DNA of 64,000 nucleotides, taken from Octopus bimaculoides (Eukaryota). A program made the translations under genes and the position numbers. The stretch spans positions 115,443,428 through 115,507,427 of the forward strand of contig NC_068982.1 of assembly GCF_001194135.2 (NCBI RefSeq). Direction: 5' to 3'. The notes below the pieces were generated by a model. The model was not told the origin of the DNA. It saw only the letters and a program-made list of their open reading frames with translations, and did no database searches. Below are positions 24,449 to 35,951 of the stretch, piece after piece. Numbering within the stretch: the first letter of the stretch is position 1; each line of letters starts with the position of its first letter.

Positions 24449-24558
24449 AAATCACTACAATTGTTTCGACGCATTTTATACCTTTAGTACATCACACACG
24501 GTGTTGTGTAATCATTGTTATGCATCCAAGGTGTAAGATGCGCCTCCTCGGGTGATTC
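24449..24558 (-). ncRNA. Type I hammerhead ribozyme motif with U4C core
   Basis: GAATCAC-CCGAGGA-GGCGCATCTTACACCTT[43 nt]AAGGTATAAAATGCGTC-GAA-ACAATTGT-A-GTGATTT: 7-bp stem I, G-C closing a 17-bp stem II (2 mismatches), palindromic stem III, GUA triplet. Confidence 0.75.
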
Positions 24559-26335
24559 ATCATCATCGTTTAACGTCCGCTTTCCATGCTAGCACGGGTT
24601 GGACGACTTGACTGAGGACTGGTGAACCAGATGGCTACACTAGGCTCCAATCTGATTTGGCAGAGTTTCTACAGCTGGATGCCCTTCCTAACGCCAATCA
24701 CTCCGGGAGTAGTGGGTGCTTTTACGTGCCACCGGCACGAAGGCCAGTCAGGCGGTACTGGCAACGGCCATGCGCAAAATGGTATATTTTACGTGCCACC
24801 TGCACAGGAGCCAGTCCAACAACACTGGCAACGACCTTGCTCGAATGTCATTTCACGTGCCACCGGCACAAGTGCCAGGAAGGCGACGCTGGTAACAATC
24901 ACGCTCAAATGGTGCTATTTATGTGTCACTGGCACAGAAGCCAGACAGCTGCTCTGGCAACGATCACACTCGGACGGTACTCTTAGCGCTCCACTGGTAC
25001 AGGTGCCATCACGATTTCGCTTTCACTTGCCCCAACAGGTCTTCACAAGCCGAGTTTAGTGTCCAATGAAGGAGACGTTGGCATGGGTGCCAGTCGTCGA
25101 ATTTAGTTCGATTTCAATTTCATTTGCATCAACAGGTCTTCGCAAGCGGAATTTAGTGTCCAATGAAGGAAAGGTACTCATGGGCTGGCTACACTCCTGG
25201 CAGAGGCCTTGGATTATGGTCTCACTTGGCTTGCCGGGTCTTCTCATGCACAGCATATTTCCAAAGGTCTCGGTCAGAAATCATTGCTTTGGTGAGGCCT
25301 AATGTTCAANNNNNNNNNNTCTCGGTCAGAAATCATTGCTTTGGTGAGGCCTAATGTTCAAAGGTCATGCTTCACCACCTCATCCCAGGTCTTCCTGGGT
25401 CTACCTCTTCCACAAGTTCCCTCAACTGCTAGAGTGTGGCACTTTTTCGCACAGCTATTCTCATCCATTCTCACCACATGACCATACCAGTGCAATCGTC
25501 TCTCTTGCACACCACAACTGATGCTTCTTGGGTTCAACTTTTCTCTCAAGGTAGTTACACTCTGTCGAGTATGCACACTGACATTACACATCCATCGGAG
25601 CATACTGGCTTCATTCCTTGCGAGCTTACGCATGTCCTCAGCAGTCATGGCCCATGTTTCACTGCCATGTAGCATGGCTGGTCGTACACATGTGTCGTAT
25701 AGTCTGCCTTTTACTCTGAGTGAGAGGCCCTTTGTCACCAGCAGAGGTGAGAGCTCTCTGAACTTTGCCCAGGCTATTCTTATTCTAGCAGCTACACTAT
25801 CAGCGCACCCTCCCCCACTACTAACTTGGTCATCTAGATAGCGGAAGCTATCAACTACGTCTAGTTTTTCCCCCTGGAATGTGGCAGAAGTTGTTTTCTG
25901 CACATTTTCAGTGTTTATTGCTCCTGAACATCTGCCACATACAAAAACTAACTTCCCAGTTAGCCTTCCTTTGATATTGCTGTACCTCTTATGTGTCCAT
26001 AGCTTACACTGGGTACATCTTATTGAGTTTCTACCTATGCATTTTCTACAGATCGAGCAGGGCCATCTATCTGAAGGGGTTTGTGTTTTGTCTACCTTCC
26101 TACTTATTAGGACTTTGGTTTTAGCTAGGTTGACTCTTAGGCCCTTCGATTCTAGTCCTTGCTTCCAAAGCTGAAAACTTCTTCTCTAGTTCTGATAGTG
26201 ACTCTGCAATTAGCGCAAGGTCATCAGCATAGAGGAGCTCCCAGGGGCATTCTGTCTTGAATTCCTGTGTTATTGCCTGGAGGACTATGATAAATAGGAG
26301 GGGGCTGAGGACTGAACCTTGGTGGACCCCTGGTC
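24559..26335 (-). mobile_element. 5'-truncated RTE LINE (RT C-half, VNTR-type 3' UTR, (GAT)n)
   Basis: HQGSVLSPLLFIIVL, CPWELLYADDL, FRYLDDQV and GRGRPRKTWDEVV, running directly into the tandem-unit 3' UTR. Few stops, so relatively young. Confidence 0.9.
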
Positions 26336-26862
26336 CCTTCATCATCACAGTGTGATAACGCACACCCAAAGTGATGTGTCATATTTTTAACAGTTTACAG
26401 ACCATACTAAATCCACAGACATAGTGACAGACAAAATACAAATAAAGAAACAGACAAAAGAACAGAAAAGGGCTAAGTTGACTATAAATTACCATAATGG
26501 TCAGATTATAAGGAAGTAAGTTCTAAACTGCCTGAAGAATAAAATAAAGAATAATATTAAGTATTCAAAGATAATAAAGTGATAAAGTGGTGAAAACTGA
26601 CCATTTCAGTGCTTACCATCTGTTTGTGTGTCTTTTAAGGATCTAAATTACCTTCTGTCTCACATAAAAAAACAACTGACCCCATTTTAGACTTGAATGA
26701 GCCTCTCTTTAAAGTTAATTTGTTACCATCTAGTTTTTATATACTTTTTTGAAACAATTAGGAAAAAAATATAAAAAGATATTAAACTAGAAGATATCCT
26801 TACTCACTCCGTATACATATTCTTCCATATACTCATTTACAAGGTAGTGTATTTTGTTTTAA

Positions 26863-27603
26863 TGGACCGAGATGTCTGGCGATATGAAGTTCTTGAGAAG
26901 ACCCACCCACGTCAGTGAAACTGAGTTCTAGAAGCACTGTGTGTCCCACCCACACTTAACAAAAAATTTATCACATACTCTACCACCACAAACCAAACTA
27001 CATCTCTCCCTCACATTTCCACTTCCACTCCCCAATCCTGTCCTCTTGGCCCTGTGCCACAGTACCATTGCTCTCCATTAGCTTCTGACCTGTGTATTCC
27101 ACCCGCACCCTGTCTCACTGTATCATTGCATATGCCTGGCACTTTGCCACCATCTTTATCCTGCTGTCTCCCACTCTCTCTCCTTCTCCTGCACTTTCAT
27201 CAGGTTGGGTAACCATGTATTTCCTTTGCAGAAGCGTACCTGTTTCTGTCTTCTTTCCTGATCTCTCTTCTCTCTCTCCGGATGGGTAACCTTGTACCTC
27301 CTCTACAGCAAGACACCTGTTTCTGTCTTTCTGCCTCACTATAACCTTTCATCATCTGACACAAGATCACCTCCTCCAATGCCCCTTCCCCTCTCAAAAG
27401 AGGTTTTTTTTTTCCTTTGTCTTGCAAGTACTTGGTGACCTGGTCAGTGCAGGTGCCACTTAAAAGCACCCAGACCACACTGTAAAATGGTTGGCATTTG
27501 GAAGGGCATCAAGCTGTAAAAACCTTGCCAAAACTGACCTCATCTGTGCTTGCGCCATGTAAAAAGCACTAAATCCACTCTGCTGAGTGGTTTGTGTTAA
27601 GAA
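26863..27603 (+). mobile_element. RTE 3' UTR (CT-rich subfamily), truncated at both ends
   Basis: GACCGAGATGTCTGGCGATATGAAGTTCTTGAGAAGACC matches 10385-10425; lacks the (GAT)n end. Confidence 0.7.
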
Positions 27604-28690
27604 AATGCACTGGATACATCTTATAGAGTTTCTACCTATGCCTTTTCTACAGATCGAGCAGGGCCATCTACCTGAAGGGGTTTGTGTTTTGTCTACCTTC
27701 CTACTTATTAGGACTTTGGTTTTAGCTAGGTTGACTCTAAGGCCCTTCGATTCTAGTCCATGCTTACACACCTGAAACTTCTCTAGTTCTGATAGTGACT
27801 CAGCAATTAGTGCAAGGTCATCAGCATAGAGGAGCTCCCAGGGGCATTCTGTCTTGAATTCAGATAAGGGATCGGGGGACCCTGTCAAAGGCTTTCTCCA
27901 TGTCAACGAAAGCCCGATACAGAGGTTTATCTTTGGCTAGNNNNNNNNNNNNNNNNNNNNNNNNNNNNNNNNNNNNNNNNNNNNNNNNNNNNNNNNNNNN
28001 NNNNNNNNNNNNNNNNNNNNNNNNNNNNNNNNNNNNNNNNNNNNNNNNNNNNNNNNNNNNNNNNNNNNNNNNNNNNNNNNNNNNNNNNNNNNNNNNNNNN
28101 NNNNNNNNNNNNNNNNNNNNNNNNNNNNNNNNNNNNNNNNTTACCTGATCTAACAACTTGATACCTCTGTAATTATTTGTATCTAAAGCGTCACCTTTAC
28201 CTTTGTAGCAGTTGACTATGGTCTGCTACACCAGTCATTGGGTATGACTCTTTCGTGTATCACCTGGTTAACAATATGGGTGACTAGGCTATAGCCAACA
28301 CTGCCAGATATTTTGAGCATCTCTGCAGTGATTCCTGATGGACCGGGGGCTTTCCCTGTCTTCATACTCTTAATTGCTTTATCTACCATGGTATTGTCAA
28401 CTCGGATAGCTGGTCCCTCTGTTGGGTCGACATTTGGCACACTCTCTTTCTCCCATTCATTCTCTTTATTGAGCAACCTTTCGTAGTGGCGTCTTCATTA
28501 TCTTCCCTGCCCACTATTTCTGTCAAACACCTTTCTATGCCTTCAGCTATTGCTCTTTCCACTCTGCTACACCTTTTATCACTCTCAATGCACTCACATA
28601 ACTAACATAGCACCCACCCTTAAACCCTCACTTGCTACTGTCACCGCTATCTCATCTCTCCTTATAATCTTATGAAACTTCCCCCTCTAT
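27604..28690 (-). mobile_element. RTE RT fragment with internal deletion (spans a gap)
   Basis: KAIKSMKTGKAPGPSG; AFVDMEKAFDRVPRSLI joined directly to EFKTECPWELLYADDL; 27604-27861 nearly duplicates 26005-26263. Confidence 0.85.
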
Positions 28691-28758
28691 CTCTCTGCCT
28701 ACTCACCCTGTCCAACAGAGGTAACAGCTCTCTGAATTTCCTTCATCCTATTCTTATT

Positions 28759-29673
28759 GAACTTGAGCGGAGAGAGATAGCAGTTCCAACTTACTTGCAA
28801 ATGGACGCGTAGCATTCGATAATATAATAATACAAATGATATATGAGCATATGCATGTATACATACATATATGTACATACCTTTGCAAGTAAGTTTTAAC
28901 TTTATATTTCTAATGCGCACTCTATCTTTCTATCTATCTATCTATCTTCATACCTATCTCCCCCCCTCGTTCTGCTTCCTCCTCTTGTCCTTGCTTCTCC
29001 CCTTCACTGCTATGCATATCTCTCTCTTACTCTTCCTCCCTGTCTCTTGTCGCTCACCTTTGTTCAACTTCCTCCCTGTCTCTTGTCGCTCACCTTTGTT
29101 CAACTTCCTCCCTTTTCCTCTCTCTACCACTCCTCGTTGATCACATGTGACCTGTAGTCACCTCTTCCTTTCTCCCTTCGGCCAGCATAAAGGCAAGACG
29201 AACTGCTATCTCTCTCCGCTCAAGTTCGTCACATCACAGCGTTCAGTATCTCCTCTCGTTCGGCTTAACGGCCCTTAACGTTGTTTTCACTGTTTAATTT
29301 TTCCTGTCTTGGTTTTTGTTTGCTATGGAATCCTCTGCTTAGCAGGTTAATCCACTTTGCGGGAAGAGCTATTCTAAGAGTGCATTCTGCCTCATCTTCG
29401 AAATGCCTAGCTTAGAATAGAGGCAGCTGATGAAGGAAAAGTTCCATAAGTGGCTTGTCTGTTTTCCTATGTGTTCATTCTGTTGTCTGTAAAAAAAGCC
29501 TGATTTTTGTGCTTTGTTTATGTTCCCGTTCCTTTTTTGTCCATGTTTTTTGACGTCCTGTACCCAGATATGCATCTATATATACATGTAGATGTAGGTA
29601 TGTACATATTTGTATGTATACATGAGTATGCTCATATATCATATATTACCGAACACTACGCGTCCATTTGCAA

Positions 29674-29675
<2 letters not shown>
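28759..29675 (+). mobile_element. Non-coding element with nested inverted repeats, PLE-like non-autonomous candidate
   Basis: Perfect 28-bp IR 28759-28786/29200-29227; ~80-bp IR 28793-28881/29597-29675; 14-bp IR 28788-28801/28882-28895; hammerhead-like core 29427-29449; ends in (TA)n. Confidence 0.5.
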
Positions 29676-29710
<35 letters not shown>

Positions 29711-29713
<3 letters not shown>

Positions 29714-30146
29714 CTTTGGAAATGTGCTGTACGTGAGAAGACCCGGCAAGCCAAGTAAGATCATTGCCAGTGCCCCTGGACTGGCTCTTGTGCGGGTGGC
29801 ACATGAGATGCACCGTTTTGAGCGTGGCCGTTGCCAGTACCGCCTGACTGGCTCCCGTAGGATTTTCGAGTGAGATCGTTGCCAGTGCCCTTGGACTGGC
29901 TTGTGCGGGTGGCACATAAAAGACACCATTTCGAGCGTGGCCGTTTTCGTGCGGATGACACGTAAAAGCACCCACTACACTCTCTGAGTGGTTGGCGTTA
30001 GGAAGGGCATCCAGCTGTAGAAACTCTGCCAAATTAGATTGGAGCCTGGTGTTGCCATCCGGTTTCACCAGTCCTCAGTCAAATCGTCCAACCCATGCTA
30101 GCATGGAAAGCGGACGTTAAACGATGATGATGATGATGATGATGAT
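29711..30146 (+). mobile_element. RTE 3' UTR copy (young) inserted in (TA)n
   Basis: Begins GACCTTTGGAAATGTGCTG, about 3 tandem units, terminal module, (GAT)n. Confidence 0.85.
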
Positions 30147-30213
30147 ATATATATATTTATAAACATAATTAAGGGATCAGCAAGCATTTGCAATTATATA
30201 TATATATATATTT

Positions 30214-30275
30214 ATATTTGTATGTATACATGCATATGCTCATATATTACCGAACGCTACACGTCCATTTGCAAG

Positions 30276-30276
<1 letters not shown>
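30214..30276 (+). repeat. Third copy of the terminal segment of the 28759-29675 element
   Basis: TTTGTATGTATACATG..GCTCATAT..TTACCGAAC.CTAC.CGTCCATTTGCAAGT followed by (AT)n. Confidence 0.7.
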
Positions 30277-30312
<36 letters not shown>

Positions 30313-31189
30313 GTATAGGCAAATTGAAAAATTAGGTACACAAGTAGGCAGTAGGTTCAATACTAACAATATACAGGTAAATTGTTTCATCATCATCATT
30401 ATAGTTTTTATATATGTTTTTCACCTTCACCACTACCACCATGCTGGTCTACTTAATGCATCAGGTCACTTGTCTCATTGAAGCCTCATTTTAGCTGTAA
30501 GCTTCAACAGTCGGAGATCTGAACTCACAACATCAGATATTCAATACCCATGTCTAAGTACCATGCGGTATCATACCTCAAACACATGTTTTATATAGCC
30601 TGCATTTTGTATGAATATTTGTTGTAATGTTTGTTGTAATCAGAAGTAATTGATTCCTAAACTACTGGTTACTACTGTACATTCACTATAATCTTCTCAT
30701 CAAATTAGATAACATAGGCAACAGTAACCATCTGCTAAATATCAGTTCATGAATTCTCTTTCATATAGCTCCGTAGATGTAGTTTGTTGATAGATGTGGC
30801 GATAGAAAGACAGTAAGAATAAACTTACGGGTGGATAGGTAGATAAATAAAAATATAAGTCAACTGAAGTAAATAGATAGAAATATAAGTGAATTGATAA
30901 TAAAGTTATAATAATAAAAATGTAATTACTGTGTATAGTGCTCAGGTGCATTACAACAATTAATCATATTTAATTTCATAAAATCTTCCTTTTTATGGTA
31001 ATGTGGGTTCCAGCATATTTGATATAATAGGTTAAAAAATGTGAATTAAAATAAAAAAAAATCTTAGTGAAAACATTTCTAAATATTTAGTGTAAGGGAA
31101 ACAACTCAATTTAATAATCTGTTAAAATCATATGTTGTCTCCCTTCCTAATACTTGTTCCTAATATTGTAATTTCAATCTCCAGTAATA

Positions 31190-31550
31190 TCATCATCATC
31201 GTCGTTTAACGTCCGCTTTCCATGCTAGCATGGGTTGGACGATTTGACCGAGGACTGGTGAAACCAGATGGTTACACCAGGCTCCAATCTGATTTGGCAG
31301 AGTTTCTACAGCTGGATGCCCTTCCTAACGCCAACCACTCCGAGAGTGTAGTGGGTGCTTTTACGTGTCACCCGCACGAAGGCCGGTCAGGCGGTACTGG
31401 CAACGGCCACGCTCAAAATGGTGTATTTTATGTGCCACCTGTACAAGAGCCAGTCCAGGGGCATTGGCAACGATCTCGCTCGAAAATCCTACGAAGGCCA
31501 GTCGGGCGGTACTGGCAACGGCCACGCTCAAAATGGTGTATTTTATGTGC
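31190..31550 (-). mobile_element. RTE 3' UTR copy running into a gap
   Basis: (CAT)n, terminal module and tandem units, close to the 29711-30146 copy. Confidence 0.85.
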
Positions 31551-32171
31551 NNNNNNNNNNNNNNNNNNNNNNNNNNNNNNNNNNNNNNNNNNNNNNNNNN
31601 NNNNNNNNNNNNNNNNNNNNNNNNNNNNNNNNNNNNNNNNNNNNNNNNNNNNNNNNNNNNNNNNNNNNNNNNNNNNNNNNNNNNNNNNNNNNNNNNNNNN
31701 NNNNNNNNNNNNNNNNNNNNNNNNNNNNNNNNNNNNNNNNNNNNNNNNNNNNNNNNNNNNNNNNNNNNNNNNNNNNNNNNNNNNNNNNNNNNNNNNNNNN
31801 NNNNNNNNNNNNNNNNNNNNNNNNNNNNNNNNNNNNNNNNNNNNNNNNNNNNNNNNNNNNNNNNNNNNNNNNNNNNNNNNNNNNNNNNNNNNNNNNNNNN
31901 NNNNNNNNNNNNNNNNNNNNNNNNNNNNNNNNNNNNNNNNNNNNNNNNNNNNNNNNNNNNNNNNNNNNNNNNNNNNNNNNNNNNNNNNNNNNNNNNNNNN
32001 NNNNNNNNNNNNNNNNNNNNNNNNNNNNNNNNNNNNNNNNNNNNNNNNNNNNNNNNNNNNNNNNNNNNNNNNNNNNNNNNNNNNNNNNNNNNNNNNNNNN
32101 NNNNNNNNNNNNNNNNNNNNNNNNNNNNNNNNNNNNNNNNNNNNNNNNNNNNNNNNNNNNNNNNTACCATC

Positions 32172-32363
32172 TATTTCTTATTTCTTTATTGCCCACAAGG
32201 GGTTAAACATAGAGGGGACAGACAAAAGGATTAAGTCGATTACATCGACCGCAGTGCGTAACTGGTACTTAATTTATCGACCCCGAAAGGATGAAAGGCA
32301 AAGTCGACCTCGGCGGAATTTGAACTCCAAACGTAACGGCAGACGAAATACTGCTAAGCATTT
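32172..32363 (-). mobile_element. SINE family A copy
   Basis: Highly similar to 7187-7425; 5' end missing. Confidence 0.8.
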
Positions 32364-32379
32364 TATATGCATTCATTTT

Positions 32380-32529
32380 GGATCCTTCTGATTTGGTGGA
32401 CAGAATATAAAAATTTTTCTGTTCTATAAGACAAAATATACAAGTATACGAAGTTTTAAAGTGTTTCGGTAGAAAACACAGTAAATAAAAACTAAATAAA
32501 AAATGGTGTCCGCCAAATCAGAAAGATCC
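32380..32529. mobile_element. MITE-like element with 23-bp terminal inverted repeats
   Basis: GGATCCTTCTGATTTGGTGGACA / TGTCCGCCAAATCAGAAAGATCC (21 of 23); no TSD recognised. Confidence 0.5.
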
Positions 32530-33176
32530 CTCATTTTTATCTTTGATCCTTTCTGTCAGTTTTTATTTATCTTGTAGCAGATATTTTCCCCTGATTTGAA
32601 CCTTCTTTTTGTAGTTTGTAGTGAGTTTGTAACTTCATTCAAAATCCAAATCCAAAACCGGGAGCAAAAAAGAAAGAAAAAAAACTGAAAAAGAGGAACT
32701 TACAACATCTAGGTCTAAAATTAAATTCTCTTGCCGGCTTAACTACAGGGTTTTACCCCCAGACTTTGAACCCTGTAGTTATGCCCTCTTGCCTTACCAT
32801 TTAGATAATTTTGACCAGACTAGCTGCGATATATCCCTGAACTTTACCAAAACGTCTGCCGATACTTTTTACAATCAGTCATTTTAATAGTCACGTCTAA
32901 ACCTCTAGATGAACGTTCCGTAGTTTTTAACAAACCTCTGGAGATTTATCATACTGCAGCCGGAGGTGATGTGCTGTAGGTCTACGTTAATAAGGTGCTT
33001 CACAACTCTCTAATAATTTGTCTTACGGCCGGAGGCGCTATTAAGCCCATGCTAATGAGATATTCCAATTCTCTCTTGCTATTTCACGCGTATTTACATA
33101 TCAAAATGTAAATTATGCATATTACTGCTTAAAGGCATTATTGTCATTGCATCTTCATCAGCAGTTATATTATTTT

Positions 33177-33362
33177 ATTATTTAAAACAGTTTGTTTCGG
33201 CTCTATGTGATTTAAAGTTTTGCGAGCCTCTAACAAAAGCCCGTCTATTTCAGGCTTAAGTTAAGTTTCATGGAGCCAGTAATCTACGCCTGGAGAGAGT
33301 TTCTGTTAGAGAGCTGCGAAATTTTAAGTCTCATGGAGCCGAATCAAACTGTTTTAAATAAT
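33177..33362. mobile_element. Fold-back MITE with ~59-bp arms
   Basis: 33177-33235 versus 33304-33362, roughly 80% complementary; outer 14 bp ATTATTTAAAACAG perfect. Confidence 0.6.
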
Positions 33363-34439
33363 ACATGTAACTCCTACTAAATATGCTTAGTTCCTTTTTC
33401 TTTCGTTTTTCCACTCATATTATATTATTCCTCTGTTTATTAACCTTAAATATGTAAACCCTTTCAATATAAAGTTTTCAGCTCCTTTTACCTTCATCTT
33501 TCCTGCTTTTTTCAAGTAATTGCCTCATAAACTACAAATTCTTCGGTTTCATTTTTTCATTCAAATTAATTAACTCCTAAAAATTTTGTTTAATTACTTC
33601 TTCCTCCAGTATCTTAAAAATTGTTTTGTTTTTATTAATCAACGTAAGATCTTCTAATTTAATCTTAATTCATCATTCATCTATTTAATCTGTAACTGAT
33701 CTTAATCACTATGTAACTCACCGTACAAATGTTTTAAGAACTTCATGATAATTGATTGTTAATTTTTCTATTTCACTGATTTATACTGTTACGTCAATAG
33801 GAAAAACGAAATCAGGGATTGTCGTCAAAATTCAATTTAATGAAGTTTACAAAATAGACTAGTTTTGTGTCATGAGAAGAGAATTCGAATTTTGGGGGCA
33901 CGGAGGAACCGTGCGGGCCGAAACAACCGGGAGGTGGACGCGTTACCGCAACGCGAACGGCGACGCCCGACGACGCCTGCCTCGTGGCTCCCGCACCGAC
34001 CCGCTCGACGACCGTATAGAGGCTCTCTCTGGGTTAAATAAAAAATTCAATCCAACTATCTTCAGCCAGAGGGAATTCTAGTGGGCCAACCATCCAGTAA
34101 GGAAAGAAAGTATAGTGATTAGTGCCGAGTCTAAGAGGAACCCAATAATGATAACAAAAAGAGAGAAGACTGGGTTGTAAATGTCTGCATGGAGGTGGCA
34201 CAAAACTATACAGTTCCGAGGAGCAGTGGTCTTTACTTTCTCTTCCTAACAGTCATTTCATACATAATTATATTTTCTTTTACAAATAATATATTAACTA
34301 AATTTATGTAATCTTACGATATTATTAACCCAATTTACAATGCTAGCCACTTACTTCCCTTTAATTAGAAATCCAACTTTACTATTTAATCATGCGAACT
34401 ATTCAAGTAACAAACAAACAGTATTTATAAAATTATACA

Positions 34440-34960
34440 ACTCAGTCGGTGAATGTTTTCAAGGTATATGTTTATGGAATCAGTATAAGGTATGAAAATT
34501 GTATGTAGATGACTCTTCGATGCCAATGGTTACGGGAAAATGAGGAATGCTGTTATCAGTATTAGAATAGTCATTGTTAGATGTGATGGCAAGTAGGTTG
34601 TGGATGTCAAAAGAAGTATGTGAGAAACAACATAAACCTGAGGCAAACCGAACTTGATAAAGTCTGCACTCAGAGAGAACTATATCAGCTTATAATGATG
34701 GGGAATCTGATTGCAAGCTATTGACTCAAGAAATTGACGGATGTCATACACGAGCATTTTGACTGGAGATTCATATGCCAAACATGGATGAAAACTTTTA
34801 CCAATGTTGAGGGCAACAGCATAGCTTTTAACAAATGTCACTAATGAGTGATGCTGGTGACTTGGTTTCCAGTAGATCTAGTTTCACAAAAGCCTTACTG
34901 GTAGCCATGGAAGAGAAAAATGTTCAAGGTGTTGGAAAATGTTTCCATTAGTTTTGGTGT
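34440..34960 (-). mobile_element. Jockey/CR1-group LINE RT relic (not RTE)
   Basis: Q*GFCETRSTGN, AVALNIGKSF..WH, GLPQVYVVSHILLL and IHNLLAITSNNDYSNTDNSI correspond to QYGFR..RSTGD, VALDISKAFDRVWH, GVPQGSVLSP and INDLL...HSYADDST. Confidence 0.65.
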
Positions 34961-35029
34961 TGGAAATACATGCAAATAGAATTTTTGTTACTTCTCTGGC
35001 AACAAATATACAGTAACAGAAGTGAAGGT

Positions 35030-35750
35030 CAGAGTTATGTAGGGGTGGTTATAGTGTGTAGAGGACAAAGGTGTGTGTGGGGCCGGGGCTGTTGATGCCA
35101 GATAGGAGAGAGTGTTGAGAATGATAGCAGATATGAGAGGGTGTTAAAGGTGAGGAATGGTGGTCCTAAGATGTAGCTCAGAGGAGAAGGAGAAATAATT
35201 GGAGGCTCAGCAAAAGGTAATCAGTGGAAAATAGATGGGAATAATATTAAGAGTGAGGGATGGATTTTCAAAAGAAATGGTTAACGGGAGAGGAGTAGGT
35301 AACTGGTAGCACAAAAGGGATGAATATGTGTAGATTCTGCTATCATGTGATTACCGCAGCTGAAAAGTACCATACTTAGATGAGTGATGGAGGGATAAAT
35401 TTTAGGAAGGGTGTTAGAAAGATGAGAGGTGGGAAGGTTTGATGGGACAGACTAAGTGCAGGAGCAGGGCTCAGTGAATGCACAGACATAAACATAATGT
35501 TTAGGACCTCACTTTCACTGTGACAAATGGGTTTTCTCAAACACATGAATTGCCAACCATCTCAATTCTTGTCATCTCTGGGAGGCTCAATATTTTGAGA
35601 TCAGCTTTCACTAATTTGTGTCATGCTTTCCCAAGTCTCCCTCTTCCACACGTTCTTTCTACATTTTGTAAATGACACTTTTTTTTTATATAGTTCTTCT
35701 CATCCATATGCATCACATCACCATACCAGCACTGTCTGATTCCTGTTATG
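35030..35750 (-). mobile_element. RTE C-terminus plus CT-rich 3' UTR relic
   Basis: CWYGDVMHMDE...RTCGRGRLGK, then the GAGAAAACCC..AGTGAAAGTGAG 3' UTR start. Confidence 0.55.
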
Positions 35751-35910
35751 CTAAATTTTTATCTTCATACATTTGCACTTTGTATACATACATACTGATA
35801 TTGCATATCTATGCGCATGCATATTAATGCACATGCATATAGATACAAAGATAGAATGATATCTGAAGGAATTTTATTGGAAATTAAATCTATAAATTCA
35901 GTATCAGTAT

Positions 35911-35950
<40 letters not shown>

Positions 35951-35951
<1 letters not shown>

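Noticed and set aside
29755-29965. Regularly spaced repeats resembling a CRISPR array (also 16806-17050, 46640-46930, 49790-50090)
   Set aside because: The intervening sequence is itself repeated, the array sits in an RTE LINE 3' UTR, there are no cas genes and the DNA is eukaryotic.
31222-32391. Long ORFs in the track (also 4322-4835, 17647-18453, 27860-28156)
   Set aside because: They are open only because they run through N gaps.
33010-33090. Peptide KRELEYLISMGLIAP resembling a Gypsy RT N-terminus
   Set aside because: The expected downstream SPWASP and KK motifs are absent and stops flank it.
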